Source: a virus
Lineage: Duplodnaviria; Caudoviricetes
Strand: one strand, 5' to 3'
Length of the DNA: 64,000 nucleotides
Virus record (IMG/VR): IMGVR_UViG_3300031555_010858
Coordinates: 32,001 to 96,000 of that record
The translations under genes were made by a program, and so were the position numbers. The notes below the pieces were generated by a model that saw nothing but the letters and a program-made list of their open reading frames with translations, was not told the DNA's origin and searched no databases. Shown one piece after another: positions 21,101-28,150 of this stretch. The stretch's first letter is position 1. Each line of letters starts with the position of its first letter.

Positions 21101-22456
21101 AGTTAGACGTTTTTCATAATTTTCTTTTAGTTTCTTATATGGAACGAATTCACCACTGTCATAATCATATATTCTTTCTTCCCTACCAGTTAGTGCACTT
21201 TCAATTCTTCTTAAATATGTAGGTATAACTTCTACTAAAGCTTTTTTACTTTCACCATCCCAAGTTATAGTACCTTTTTCATAATCACCTAACTTAACAT
21301 ATTTTGATACTTTTGGGTTTGTGCCTAATAATTTATTTATACCATTTAATAATGTATTATCATTATCTTCAAAAGAATTAATCCTAGCTAATAATGCAGG
21401 CATTACAGAATTAACTCTTTTATCTAATGCCCCAAGTGTAGATTTAAATGTTTCAGATAAGACACCTTGTACAACCATAGGAACTAATGTACCTATAGGA
21501 TTTTGTGCTATACCTGTTAAAACATCCATATTTAAAACTTGATCGACTATGTTACCTATAATAGGGTTTTCATCTTTAATATCAATTAAATTTTGTTTTA
21601 ATTGTTTTAAGTATTCATCTCCTTTAATTCCACCACTTGATGTGAACATATCAAGAACACGTTTTCTTTTTCGTTCTTTTCCTTCACTTTTACCAGCGTT
21701 CTCTATATTTTTTAATAAATCTATTGATTGACTGTAATATTCTGTAGCAGCTGCATGAAATTTAGCAGTAGAGTCGGAATTAAATTGAACCAATAATGCT
21801 AAATTATCATTAATAGATGTTAATGCATTAAGGAAAACACCGTTAGCTCTTTGAGTGAACATTGCTTTTTCTGTTTCTACAGCCATCTGTTGATCAGATA
21901 TAGCTACCATTGTATTAACTGTAGCCTCAGTACTAGCAGCTATTGATTTTGCTAATGGCATTGTATTTATTACAGCAACAGGTGGTCTACTACTAGAATT
22001 CGATGAGTCGTCTTCTGAAAATTGTGGTTCAGATGAAAAGTCGTCACCTTCGTCTATAAATTGAGGTCCACTATCATCACCAAACATATCACCAAAATCA
22101 TCGAAAGCATCATCAGTACCTTCAAGACGACCTTTATTATAAAAGTTACCAGTCTTAATATCATCAAAAGCATTTTTAACAATCATTTTGGATGCTTTTA
22201 TTTGTGGTATATTTTGGAACTGTTTATTGAAAGCATTTCTGATCCCATTATTATCACGAATATTGTTAATCATATCCATGCTATCTATAATCACTTTAGC
22301 ATTCCATTCTACTGTATCTGATGTATCTGGTAATAAAGATTTAACAACATCTAAAGAAGTAAATCCGAAACTCTTGGCAGCATTACGCAACCATTCGTTA
22401 TCGGGAACGGATTTTTTAATTCTATCGTTAATATTTCTTTTCGAATTTTTTGCCAT
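9134..22456 (-). CDS. Giant tape-measure protein / tail-associated multi-enzyme lysin (C39-like x2, NlpC/P60, SGNH, phage tail lysozyme)
   Basis: 4440 aa. Helical/glycine-rich TMP body with HAEG..VP.DGY.A.LH.GE motif. C-terminal YSQSD..GCGPTS..GHV..NDP (twice), DCSSFV..H..H, GDS..G..N..DGIH, and AGIMGNMEQES..GICQW. Confidence 0.85.
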   Translation of the reverse strand: MAKNSKRNINDRIKKSVPDNEWLRNAAKSFGFTSLDVVKSLLPDTSDTVEWNAKVIIDSMDMINNIRDNNGIRNAFNKQFQNIPQIKASKMIVKNAFDDIKTGNFYNKGRLEGTDDAFDDFGDMFGDDSGPQFIDEGDDFSSEPQFSEDDSSNSSSRPPVAVINTMPLAKSIAASTEATVNTMVAISDQQMAVETEKAMFTQRANGVFLNALTSINDNLALLVQFNSDSTAKFHAAATEYYSQSIDLLKNIENAGKSEGKERKRKRVLDMFTSSGGIKGDEYLKQLKQNLIDIKDENPIIGNIVDQVLNMDVLTGIAQNPIGTLVPMVVQGVLSETFKSTLGALDKRVNSVMPALLARINSFEDNDNTLLNGINKLLGTNPKVSKYVKLGDYEKGTITWDGESKKALVEVIPTYLRRIESALTGREERIYDYDSGEFVPYKKLKENYEKRLTSQYTSGYVNLETEMMDIVRKMNLNTKDLDQFKKDMEEYFTVMTKQGHRINHRKYKNLAGDEIDEFEDLQLFEGDPIRTEFMRKVLEGVNPTTLVESAAMGIQDSINAVNKFYDDIRFNTNKYGYSSLNNEVDENGKVKFQGLKPGGMRDEFGLSQLDYLRDIRSALINGIRVFPDNTKKGRSGIPNAELLQKEKDENTTVAKRKQREKDKKDKNDDIINKDKNRMNSIVAGSESEWAKYYNEHEKIEFNTDTKRGKFLQSVSDFNDKVDGHLFEILYGDEDIAKKYANKVIDYGRSGKPLVTLMTGMFGDTIKAFKSYFTGQGYVTSDGVKVEGRPDNMIDKVFGFFTGLKDKLTKGKDGEDGLIQKMTKDFMAGFEKFKVNLFGEKFLSENDAKETFQDLAQKVKERLPKALGYGLAGGMVKTFFSSRLGLLGNFLLPGGPMGAVLAGTAYGFLRQSETFNRVVFGEQGEDGERLGGIISKELQDKYAEYKGSIKSGIGLGVLGSLFLPGGPILSSVLGIGAVMTAKSDAFQEFLYGKDFANKDNKSLMDGAFGNMFKRLSGNENPELATFLGTAGLGVGIAQGVGLLPAFLLPGGPIVGALMGLAGGIAASSEKFQKFLLGEKDIDGQRYGGLLTKFKNWFDVSFTQPLKIRVQEMQDDMYGFLKGKLFDPIARSFEPVAQALKFMASDAFDLMKNIGTSIVESFKESIINPISEKLKWILSPIGWVVKSMGKLLTGVVTSPLKLIGAIGTVSEKYNEHYVIKKEKRRRAEEFDASYTGDEGLRYFERRKAAHMSKEEKEALINEKLAYRHGKSRKERKKEQEEKLNAEMQKRKAKTEEMRQQYEDDKEFAKKHGFKYASKKQKEKREQELKVKSAWIQEQSLVQAQETDEKVSKIADNVVHLSDYRDSVVDKLDEVNNTLKDGLNKLNNQGQNSDISKNINNDPDMDPANYGKVTDEHLAPIYDFIAKHEAKYGKNTSVPDTRDESDYGKVTDEHLATIHNFIDKYEEKHGTTLQESLDNLNEKIVSNKEPKAEEEKVEEPKVEQPKSQAKIVIENEETLGTKMKKGISKLLKNLRKKGRSHAEGLDEVPGDGYIAELHKGEMVVPEKPAGLLRGMMDKAGKGFKGLTDKLLGGNEEEKVEKEGGIDIDGDGDTDGEPSMLSGILKGLSSVVGGMGGLLGKVAGMGDGEARDRNDNALGMTDEEAERMKELEDRARYAQASRKDVDFVQNQIAARDKEKADRQWKEDLLTAIRGIGSLGAASLDSGMSLFDLIGAGFDSLGSSLGSILKSLAIPLGVFSLLKTWKDHKNSEEYIESRTDVDGSMIYDNTDHVVKKNLWSARKAIKNPIKKVIKKFTEPYVEGAKAIYNSEWGKKNLQPFGNRVKEHIQNAKNKFNFFGKPKAADNVVDFASAKAAKEGAESAAKNATTKGGAKVINFADAKLAKEATEKGSGKVLKKIAGEGVENLGDNKSVMSKLIKMTKTALTEIGQKVAEKFPKMGKFLSKADGIFAALLKNADMLVPKFAKKIGAVIGKVTAGASTAFITDLVFAAGDLISGFTAGNAGNLFGVSPENVDFKMRTISSVLQTVTNFNVLALISLVNEICSAVWNFNFLRNIAIWIYNAIPGGNNLGSRITAKEIDACTSIDQALMIMGVTDAEDIAYLKDGNGWKDFSKVPNEELHGVISATEQMELARLQYNLENETKLSSQAFIDKESKTLGSKIWGAITKPFQKKTDKQKLMKYQNKVNIYEEKLANSNNWFTRTWNGWRLNSNKKKMAKYQDKLNAPSNNYEVGEVVNPDDYASMTTPILNGRAADPAEVQAILDAHNLSGPEMGDQIITDAYGNSYDANGNFLGNAGYGDGPEMGDQIITDAYGNSYDANGNFLGNAGYGDGPEMGDIEYASTPAKKPSLLKKVGKTMIELMPGGKALTTGITAFSTLFGKDNKPEDYRMVPILDEYGNIVSYQSQLIDDTTELEGLNYEENIQMKPLDSNTQIIPQTDENGNIVSYTTVNKNKPTGLFGRIKNAFSNMFGIGQTTTTTGSSVDNSSSVTNNTGDTYTTNNTTEVDTSMFGALTEAINNLAGGDSSHLTKEGKVETSVLGAILNPINYVTKKLTEAGVNVSEAVTGKEMSPEKKNAMVAVMDMITNPIGFMMNKMNLNEKGESKKEANEPGFLTKTKDKAGNLWAGFKNQVFNEKPLLAQGLDSLAGGFDNATNWINNTDEAIKGKYKGAKKWVGDKWQEFNDLTAPLYEEGDRAGTKTAKLVKAGAVAVPYFGYKKFIEGTAVDKAAKKGIKAVKDTYAWGKGKWDDQKAWISSDWEEGDSAGVKFGKSYLKIEKTIKKKLSDIADSLSNWFKNTIQGIKDFYNETKTKIKNWWNDTIDSIGDWFKKKKEDLVNWYEMKTEELSKSWDGFVDSFKNFFGTIGEKLNGTWEAIKNFKMPKITWEGITLAAKDVWYFLEDFAREMVGLEPKKRGEEDTTTTNNTNTKNSTKKTEEKKDDKNIIQKGISFVSDTYNTFKQGHEAGGSGIDSTARKFRPKKYVASDTDFIKSTTTNNDNSNSNNTTNTSNKFVFYSQSDNRWANTKLGNKNMKDAGCGPTSLAMAVSQLTGEQITPDTIAELGKEHLPGYSKYSLFPSVANKLNMNYSEGYDGNFITSNLQRGVPVVLSGRTNASGTPYTSEGHVVTATHMMGNKVFINDPRGKEYSGYYPINALLTGLNKGMIVSPHNASNVTKFSSGQLANGWDAEPYKDIYAEELGMYGDVGEYNAIDDDKNLGKTGAGQITMADRVLSYARAFLNNTSKFSYSQPRRLQIDTNKSSSKGCGADCSSFVSHVLSRAGDVNIYGTTSQTFWDSVGTKVSEPQIGDVVCQQNHVGLYSGDGNYIHMSGRKAGIKESKAIQKGNNKHRGYKRVLKNPSQMVDPTVPNPNSFLGTVVGTSSGNPVGGGSGGPQASLDKALLIGDSLTVGMKSVLEGKYSGAKAMGKGGKWAKHWLESLDELPDAESVSTVIQWLGINGVHDNKRNISDSQTLLGKLKEKYAGKPIFNMRIFPTTKDYSYGNYTGEWWRGLSKEFNDAMGTWAGSNGVTQIDATNGFIQEDGFLDPSKAVDGIHFTTDGYKAVLSNIETAINSYNSNNSGSTATGGGAAPQVDILGQFSELEKIGTSMVGAIFNNKSVKEMYDNFYGNQVVTDATTTGSTPTDGSNPDISGISDTAQAVWQFFTGKGYSPAATAGIMGNMEQESGMRPDIIQGNGRGPAAGICQWENYNTKSARWKDMNAHAQSKGKDWKDLQSQLEFIDIELQGKSPGDNYTSTLLKKNWGGYEGFKAITDYKKATEAFEKSFERARKINWNNRYAGAKKYYDKFAGGAGTGPATATAAETAPSDGSIPDSMNGWKYYQQSDPKWAGDVGGSSVSRGGCGPTSHAMMLSTIFGKQITPLTMTRWGRKNGTWTGAMQWTMPEKVASAFGLNMTTLGADYNGVDKSVLEKVKESLKAGKPVVMTGKGTGPSGAAARQDTPFTPGGHVVLAVGVDGQGNVIINDPRGAGRTKAYTDKGILDVGVGLRGAWAFDTNGGSIPDGFQVDGDYTPTGGTTGGTTEGGGAATVAAPQLDIMGKFGELEKIGTSMVAGIFNNKSTKTMYDMLYNNVADTSGTTTTPADGSNPSQTVTGKGNFPKYALNDQQIKGIANILQHEQPGIEGRMAEASLMANLVDKTGDDKATVDNLIKKATGGWFAKGKDRFNNPGNPEQISIDAAKTVLVEGKRTLPRYVDEHDCFSDLTSVTNDGKSFKASDRSQYKPFVTKIKNRYGASGTFHSFPNAKSDPFYYTSEELRQKWGDDCYSPTLSGDAGKGDGNTYMVSPRQRTTPTSKVTYTKPVSNRPSPNINVDAQRKLDDINRKMNLSINNINATDPKAYAEILKLMMRELQAINNNTAETASKVGNIEIVGANEPIRHDQAGITTADIYQPANSPRQKNNSKGYNVARQIAGYQK
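15405..15608. repeat. 93-bp in-frame tandem repeat (about 2.2 copies) in the tape-measure gene
   Basis: Units start at 15405, 15498 and 15591; encodes GPEMGDQIITDAYGNSYDANGNFLGNAGYGD twice. Confidence 0.95.
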
Positions 22457-22491
22457 ATTTACTCTCCTTTCTATAAAGTTTCACTAGTCCT

Positions 22492-22503
22492 TAGAGTATT
22501 GTT
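22492..22503 (-). promoter_or_regulatory. Late promoter AACA-ATACTC-TA
   Basis: Consensus match upstream of the tape-measure operon. Confidence 0.7.
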
Positions 22504-22534
22504 TTTTATACAAATTCTAACAAATAATTATATC

Positions 22535-22572
22535 CGTAAAACATAAAATTTCGATACTATATTATATAAGTG
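22535..22572 (+). promoter_or_regulatory. Early (virion RNAP-type) promoter
   Basis: CGTAAAA..ATTTC..TATATTATATAAGTG, one of 7 copies. A late-type AACA-AATAAT-TA also lies at 22519-22530. Confidence 0.7.
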
Positions 22573-22613
22573 TAATACAAAAATAATATAAAAAATATTG
22601 GAGGTAATGATTT

Positions 22614-23147
22614 ATGAAAACTTATATGGAATTAGTAAATGAAGTAAGAGAAGAAATATCTAATGGTGGTAAAAGATCATTCAGCCGTGAATTATTCAAT
22701 GAACTTACATCTGCATATTTAAATGATGTAGAAAACAATAAAACAACAATAGCTAAAACAAGAAATGGTGAACTAGTTGAAGAAGAAATAAATGTTCCAT
22801 TAGATTTCAGAAAAATGGTAATGAAAATTCTTCTTGATTTCGGCGTAGATAAACAAGAAGCCGAAAGAATATTAACAAACGATTATCAATTCAAAGATGT
22901 ATCAGCAATATATGAAATAGCTAGTGAGACAATTCTAAACTATGCAGGTACAGGAAAGAAATTTAACTTCATTGCTAAGCCTGACCTACAATGTAGTTTA
23001 ATAATAGACGATTATGAAGAAGAAGTTAAAATGACAAAGAGACCTGGAGCAGATGATTCAGAAGCAAAAGAAGTATTATATAAGAAACATCGTAAATGTA
23101 AAGTTGAATCAACATGTCCAGCTTGGTTAAGAAGTGTTGTGAAATAG
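22614..23147 (+). CDS. Hypothetical protein (early)
   Basis: 177 aa; GGAGG RBS; own promoter and terminator. Confidence 0.8.
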   Translation: MKTYMELVNEVREEISNGGKRSFSRELFNELTSAYLNDVENNKTTIAKTRNGELVEEEINVPLDFRKMVMKILLDFGVDKQEAERILTNDYQFKDVSAIYEIASETILNYAGTGKKFNFIAKPDLQCSLIIDDYEEEVKMTKRPGADDSEAKEVLYKKHRKCKVESTCPAWLRSVVK

Positions 23148-23150
23148 ATT

Positions 23151-23181
23151 AATAAGGAGAGAAATCTCCTTATTATTTTTT
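23151..23181 (+). terminator. Intrinsic terminator
   Basis: AATAAGGAGA-gaaa-TCTCCTTATT followed by a T run. Confidence 0.8.
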
Positions 23182-23192
23182 ATGTTCCAGAT

Positions 23193-23204
23193 AACAAATT
23201 AGTA
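23193..23204 (+). promoter_or_regulatory. Late promoter AACA-AATTAG-TA
   Basis: Consensus match directly after a terminator. Confidence 0.65.
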
Positions 23205-23229
23205 ATAAAAAAATTGGGAGGTAATTGGA

Positions 23230-23544
23230 TTGGATATTATATTTTTATATGACGCAGTAGAATCAAATTATTCAAATTTAGAGTGTTATATGTTATATGA
23301 TTTTACAAATGATGAACCAGTATATGATTTCAAATTAAAGAAATCTTTAGTAATGATAGATAAATCTAAGAAATTAATTTATTTTATGAATATGGAAACA
23401 GAAAATCATTATATAATAGAAAAACAATATTATTATAAAATAATACAAAAATTTATAAATGAATCAGAAAATTATGGTTGTAAAGGATTTACAGTTTATC
23501 CTGATTGTTCAGGTGGAGAAATATATTATAAATATAATAAATAG
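23230..23544 (+). CDS. Hypothetical protein
   Basis: 104 aa; TTG start with GGAGG RBS. Confidence 0.7.
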   Translation: MDIIFLYDAVESNYSNLECYMLYDFTNDEPVYDFKLKKSLVMIDKSKKLIYFMNMETENHYIIEKQYYYKIIQKFINESENYGCKGFTVYPDCSGGEIYYKYNK

Positions 23545-23557
23545 GAGGTAATGATTT

Positions 23558-23773
23558 ATGAAAAGTTTAGATAGTGAATATTTGACAGTATATACTATGC
23601 TAATGATGATGAACGTACCTTTTTCGTCTTATAAAAAAGACGGCAAATTTATAATGAAACTTAAAAACGATACAATAATAGTAACAGAAAATGGTTGCGA
23701 AACTGATGAATATGAATATGATAGTGCAGAGACATTAATAAAAATATTCCCAGGAATATATAAAAATAATTAG
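23558..23773 (+). CDS. Hypothetical protein
   Basis: 71 aa; AGGAGG RBS. Confidence 0.7.
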   Translation: MKSLDSEYLTVYTMLMMMNVPFSSYKKDGKFIMKLKNDTIIVTENGCETDEYEYDSAETLIKIFPGIYKNN

Positions 23774-23774
23774 G

Positions 23775-23808
23775 AGGTATAGGGATTTCCCTATACCTTA
23801 TTTTATTT
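23775..23808 (+). terminator. Intrinsic terminator
   Basis: AGGTATAGGG-attt-CCCTATACCT followed by a T-rich tail. Confidence 0.7.
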
Positions 23809-23829
23809 AAAAAAATAGGAGGATATATT

Positions 23830-24198
23830 ATGAAAAATTATTTATTAGATATTAGTACAAAAGGAAATGGAGAATTTGATGAATTAACGATGGCAAAAGT
23901 TTTAAGTAATGTAGTAGCATTCAGTGGAGATTTATATTCAATAGATTATCATGGAGTTGAACATGGAATAGGTATAGGATATGAAGAAACAACTGAAACC
24001 TATCATATTAATATTATAATAAACAATTTTGATTGTACCTATGATATAATAGAAACTGCCGAAGAGATAGTTAATAACTTCTCAAGATATGGAACTTTTG
24101 ATACACAAGTAGAAATTAAAGTTAACGATGAACCAACTGAAATACCAGAATATTATATAGAACATTATTATGTAAATTCATATTACGATTTTTATTAA
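23830..24198 (+). CDS. Hypothetical protein
   Basis: 122 aa, acidic; AGGAGG RBS. Confidence 0.7.
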   Translation: MKNYLLDISTKGNGEFDELTMAKVLSNVVAFSGDLYSIDYHGVEHGIGIGYEETTETYHINIIINNFDCTYDIIETAEEIVNNFSRYGTFDTQVEIKVNDEPTEIPEYYIEHYYVNSYYDFY

Positions 24199-24214
24199 TA
24201 AGTAGGGGGGATGA

Positions 24215-24946
24215 TTGAGTATGTTAAGACCAGCTATAAATAGCAATATAACAATAAGAGCAATAGAAAATTTCCTATTAAAGTATGATATTAGAATGAG
24301 TGAGAGATCTAAGGCAGTGTTAGCAGTTCTTATACCAGGGTTAATATTCAGAGATGGGAAAATAATAATTATGTCAGTAACTATAAACCAAATAAATAAA
24401 ATAATAAAAAGAAAGAGAGACGATGCAGATTTCGTCTCTCTTTTATTAGGTTTAGATATAATAACTGACATAGATATATATGGTACAATAACTATACCAT
24501 TAGCTTATATGCTTAGTAAAGTTACAATAAATAAAGACGTTATATGTGTTAATGGTAAAAATATATTACGTAAAAAAGTATTAACCAATGCTGTTCAGAC
24601 ATTAGCTATGTCTGAACTATTATCTCATTTAAATATACCAAAAGAGTTATCAATACCTATAATCAGTTTAATATTAGATTTAATTGATTCTGATATTAAT
24701 AAAGAATTTAATATGATGAGTACACATTCTATGGCATTTGCTGGTAAAAAAATGAGTGATACAAAAAGAATCTTAAGACAAATGGAAATTGATAAAATTA
24801 TATTAAATATTATGATCCTGCTAGTTATAAACTATATTGGATTTAATATAGGTAGTTCATTATTATTAGTAACTATATTCTCAGAAATAGCTAATCAAAT
24901 TAAATGTGAATATAAAATGAAAACTGCTAAAGGATTTTTAAAATGA
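24215..24946 (+). CDS. Hypothetical protein, hydrophobic, possibly membrane-associated
   Basis: 243 aa, Ile/Leu-rich with a hydrophobic C-terminal segment; GGGGG RBS. Confidence 0.6.
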   Translation: MSMLRPAINSNITIRAIENFLLKYDIRMSERSKAVLAVLIPGLIFRDGKIIIMSVTINQINKIIKRKRDDADFVSLLLGLDIITDIDIYGTITIPLAYMLSKVTINKDVICVNGKNILRKKVLTNAVQTLAMSELLSHLNIPKELSIPIISLILDLIDSDINKEFNMMSTHSMAFAGKKMSDTKRILRQMEIDKIILNIMILLVINYIGFNIGSSLLLVTIFSEIANQIKCEYKMKTAKGFLK

Positions 24947-24959
24947 TAGGGGTGGTGAA

Positions 24960-25103
24960 ATGTGTGTTCATCTAACATTTATCAGAATAATGAGCATATT
25001 CTTTTTATTAATGTTTATATTTGTATTCGTAACAGATTTTGTATCAATAAATTGTCATAAATATAAAACGAAGTCTAATGAAAAAGAAAAATATAAAATT
25101 TGA
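24960..25103 (+). CDS. Small membrane protein (47 aa)
   Basis: Below the ORF-track cutoff. MCVHLTFIRIMSIFFLLMFIFVFVTDFVSINCHKYKTKSNEKEKYKI; one hydrophobic segment; GGGGTGG RBS. Confidence 0.5.
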   Translation: MCVHLTFIRIMSIFFLLMFIFVFVTDFVSINCHKYKTKSNEKEKYKI

Positions 25104-25113
25104 ATAGTTATAT

Positions 25114-25125
25114 AACAATTAGATA
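25114..25125 (+). promoter_or_regulatory. Late promoter AACA-ATTAGA-TA
   Basis: Consensus match upstream of nrdJ. Confidence 0.65.
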
Positions 25126-25164
25126 CGAATAAAATTAAAATATAATATTTAGGAGGTATAGATT

Positions 25165-25956
25165 ATGAGAGTAAATGAATGGTTAGGAAATGAAAACCAA
25201 TTAGGTATAGATATATGGGAAAAGAAATATAAACAAGGGAATGAAACATTTGAAGAATGGTTAGATAGAGTAAGTGACGGGGATAAAGAAATCGCTCAAT
25301 TAATTAAAGATAAAAAATTCTTATTTGCTGGACGTATATTAGCAAATAGAGGAATGGATAAATTAGGTAAGAAAATAACATATTCAAACTGCTATGTTAT
25401 ACCAGCAGTAGAAGATTCGATAGAATCTATATATAAAACATGTTCGGATTTAGCTAGAACTTATAGTTATTCTGGAGGTTGTGGAGTAGATATAAGTAAA
25501 TTAAGACCTAGAGGAATGAAAGTAAATAATGCTTCTAATACAACTACAGGTGCAGTATCATTTATGGATACATTTAGTCAAGTTACAGGAACTATAGGGC
25601 AGAATGGTCGCCGTGGAGCTTTAATGCTTTCAATAAGTTGTGATCATCCAGATTTAGAAGAATTTATAGAAATCAAAAATGATCTAACTAGAGTAACAAA
25701 AGCAAATATATCTGTAAGAGTAAACGATGCTTTTATGTTTGCTGTTATAAATGATGAAGAATGGGAATTATCTTTTGAAACAGAACATGGGGATAAAATG
25801 AGTAAAATGGTTAATGCTAAAAAGTTATTTAGATTATTAAGTAAAAATAACTGGTCTATGGCAGAGCCAGGTATATTATTCTGGGATAGAATAGAAAAAT
25901 ATAATTTATTAAGTGAAGATCCAGAATTCGAATATGCTGGAGTTAATCCTTGTGCT
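25165..25956 (+). CDS. nrdJ: Class II (adenosylcobalamin-dependent) ribonucleotide reductase, exon 1
   Basis: FAGRIL, SNCYV, GGCGVDISKLRP, QNGRRGALM, EPGILF; ends at active-site VNPCA. Confidence 0.9.
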
Positions 25957-26665
25957 AGACCTTAATTGGCTCAAGTAAAAAATCGGGATGTATCGGTCAA
26001 CTAAACCGTAAGGTTAAAGTGGTAAGAGAGCCTAAGTCTTTTATTTATGATTCGTATAAAGTGCTAAGTATAACTATGAAAAGAATAACTTTTGATTTTA
26101 ATGTTTCAGATAGATATGAATATTATGTAACTGAAAATGGAGAAGTATACAAAGTAGATATGAGAAATGGTAAAACGACAGAATGTTATTACCATATAGC
26201 TCATGGTTACAAAAGAATTAGAGTTACAGACATAGATACGAATACACGAAGATATCTTAGAGTTCATAGGCTTGTTGCTATGTATTATGTTACAAATCCA
26301 TATCCAGATATTTATGATCAAGTCAATCATAAAGACGGTGATAAGCTTAATAATAATTATACAAATTTGGAATGGTGTAATGGTAGTATAAACACACAAC
26401 ATGCTTACGATAATAATTTAGTAAAGGATAGAGGTGGATGGATTAGCACTCCATACGAAGCCAGATATAAATAATAAATAAAAGATATGGTAATACCGAG
26501 GGCAGTAATATCTAATATTGTCCGTAGAGCATAGGAGATGAGCGTTATTATGAAAGCAATAATTCTCCCACGAGCTCCCGACACTCTTTAAGAGTGAAAA
26601 TATATGCCGACCTTACAGGAAACTGTAAGAGCTAGGGGATAAAAAGCCCTTAGGATAACAAAGTG
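25957..26665 (+). mobile_element. Group I self-splicing intron (709 nt) in nrdJ
   Basis: Removal rejoins NPCA/EEPL in frame. Exon 1 ends in U pairing with G of the IGS (CTTGTGCT/GGCTCAAG); intron ends in G; P7-like GCATA/TATGC and terminal hairpins present. Confidence 0.9.
26076..26474 (+). CDS. Intron-encoded HNH homing endonuclease
   Basis: VHRLVA..VNHKDGDKLNN..NLEW..N..HA motif. Start uncertain (ATG 26076 or GTG 26019). Confidence 0.85.
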   Translation: MKRITFDFNVSDRYEYYVTENGEVYKVDMRNGKTTECYYHIAHGYKRIRVTDIDTNTRRYLRVHRLVAMYYVTNPYPDIYDQVNHKDGDKLNNNYTNLEWCNGSINTQHAYDNNLVKDRGGWISTPYEARYK

Positions 26666-28123
26666 GAGGAACCTCTTCCTGCAGGTGGAAGTTGTTTATT
26701 AGGTTCAATAAACTTAGCTGCATACGTTAAAAATAATGAGTTTGATTCAGAAGAATTTTTAAATGATATACATGTAATAGTTAAAGGTATGAATGATGTT
26801 TTAGATCAAGGATTACCATTACATCCTTTACAAGTTCAAAGAGATTCTGTAAGAGATTGGAGACAAATAGGAATAGGTGTAATGGGTATAGCAGATATGT
26901 TAATTAAATTAGGATTAAAATATGACACAATTGAAGCTCAAAGATTCTGTGATCATTTAGGATTTATAATGGCTAATGAAGTAATATATGCAAGTGCGTT
27001 ATTAGCTAAAGAATTCGGACCTTATCCTAAATATAATGATGATGCTGTATTAAAATCTTCATTCTTAACAATGAATACAACTACAGATACGTATAGATTA
27101 GTTGAAGAATATGGTTTAAGAAATAGTCAATTATTAACAATAGCACCATGTGGAACATTATCTACAATGTTAGGTATAAGTGGTGGTATAGAACCGATAT
27201 TCAGTTTATCGTATACAAGAAAAACAGAATCGTTACATGGTGAAGATAGATATTATAAAGTATTCACACCAATAGCCGATGAGTTTATGAAGAAATTCGG
27301 TTTAACAGAAGAGGAACAATTACCAGAATTCTTTGTAACTGCACAAAATATAAATCCTTATAAACGTGTTGAAATGCAAGGCGTATGGCAAAAACATATA
27401 GATGCAAGTATATCTTCAACATTAAATCTTCCAAACGAAACAACTGTAGAAGAAGTTGAAAACCTATATATACATGCATGGAATGAAGGATTAAAAGGAA
27501 TGACAATATTTAGAGATGGTTGTGATAGAGCTGCAATATTAACAACAAGTAAACCTAAAGAAGAAGAAAAATCTGTAGAAGTTGAAGAAAATAAAAATGA
27601 AATACCTAGAGGTGTAGTAGTACCTACAAGTGATGATGTTATAGGGTTAAAGAAAAAATTATCAGGTGGATGTGGATCTTTACATCTACAAGTATATTTC
27701 GATAGAAACACAGGTAAAATGACAGAAGTATTTATAAATAAAGGAGGAACAGGTGGATGTAATAGTAATCTAAATGCTTTATCTAGAATGATATCTATAA
27801 CGTTAAGAGCAGGTGTAGATGTTAAAGATGTAGCAGATCAATTAGCATCAACTATAAACTGTCCTTCATTTGCAAGTTCAAGAGCTAAAGGAATAATATT
27901 ATCACCAGGTTCTTCATGTGCTGGTGCAGTAGGTAAAGCTTTAATAGAGTTAAATAAAGAATTCCAAGTAATATTCAAAGCTATGAAAGAAATAGACGAA
28001 GATCATGAAGAAGAATCTGATATTATGGGCTTAAAAGAATGTCCAGAATGTAAAGAAAAGACATTACAAATGTCAGGTGGTTGTATGCAATGCACAAATT
28101 GTGGTTATAGTAAATGTGATTAA
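26666..28123 (+). CDS. nrdJ: Class II ribonucleotide reductase, exon 2 (with C-terminal TSCPD-like and Zn-ribbon region)
   Basis: EEPL..GSCLLGSINL, RQIGIGVMG, TIAPCGT, SISSTLN, GLKGMTIFRDG; C-terminal CPEC..GGC..C..CGYSKC. Confidence 0.9.
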   Translation, partial: EEPLPAGGSCLLGSINLAAYVKNNEFDSEEFLNDIHVIVKGMNDVLDQGLPLHPLQVQRDSVRDWRQIGIGVMGIADMLIKLGLKYDTIEAQRFCDHLGFIMANEVIYASALLAKEFGPYPKYNDDAVLKSSFLTMNTTTDTYRLVEEYGLRNSQLLTIAPCGTLSTMLGISGGIEPIFSLSYTRKTESLHGEDRYYKVFTPIADEFMKKFGLTEEEQLPEFFVTAQNINPYKRVEMQGVWQKHIDASISSTLNLPNETTVEEVENLYIHAWNEGLKGMTIFRDGCDRAAILTTSKPKEEEKSVEVEENKNEIPRGVVVPTSDDVIGLKKKLSGGCGSLHLQVYFDRNTGKMTEVFINKGGTGGCNSNLNALSRMISITLRAGVDVKDVADQLASTINCPSFASSRAKGIILSPGSSCAGAVGKALIELNKEFQVIFKAMKEIDEDHEEESDIMGLKECPECKEKTLQMSGGCMQCTNCGYSKCD

Positions 28124-28150
28124 TAAAAAATAATAAAGGGGTAATGACAA

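Noticed and set aside
9741-22487. Many short ORFs overlapping the tape-measure gene, and similar shadow ORFs over other large genes
   Set aside because: No RBS, biased Phe/Ser/Leu composition; typical antisense or off-frame shadows.
26663-28123. Independent nrdJ second gene starting at GTG 26663
   Set aside because: The GTG ends in the intron's terminal G; exon 2 joins exon 1 in frame to restore NPCAE.
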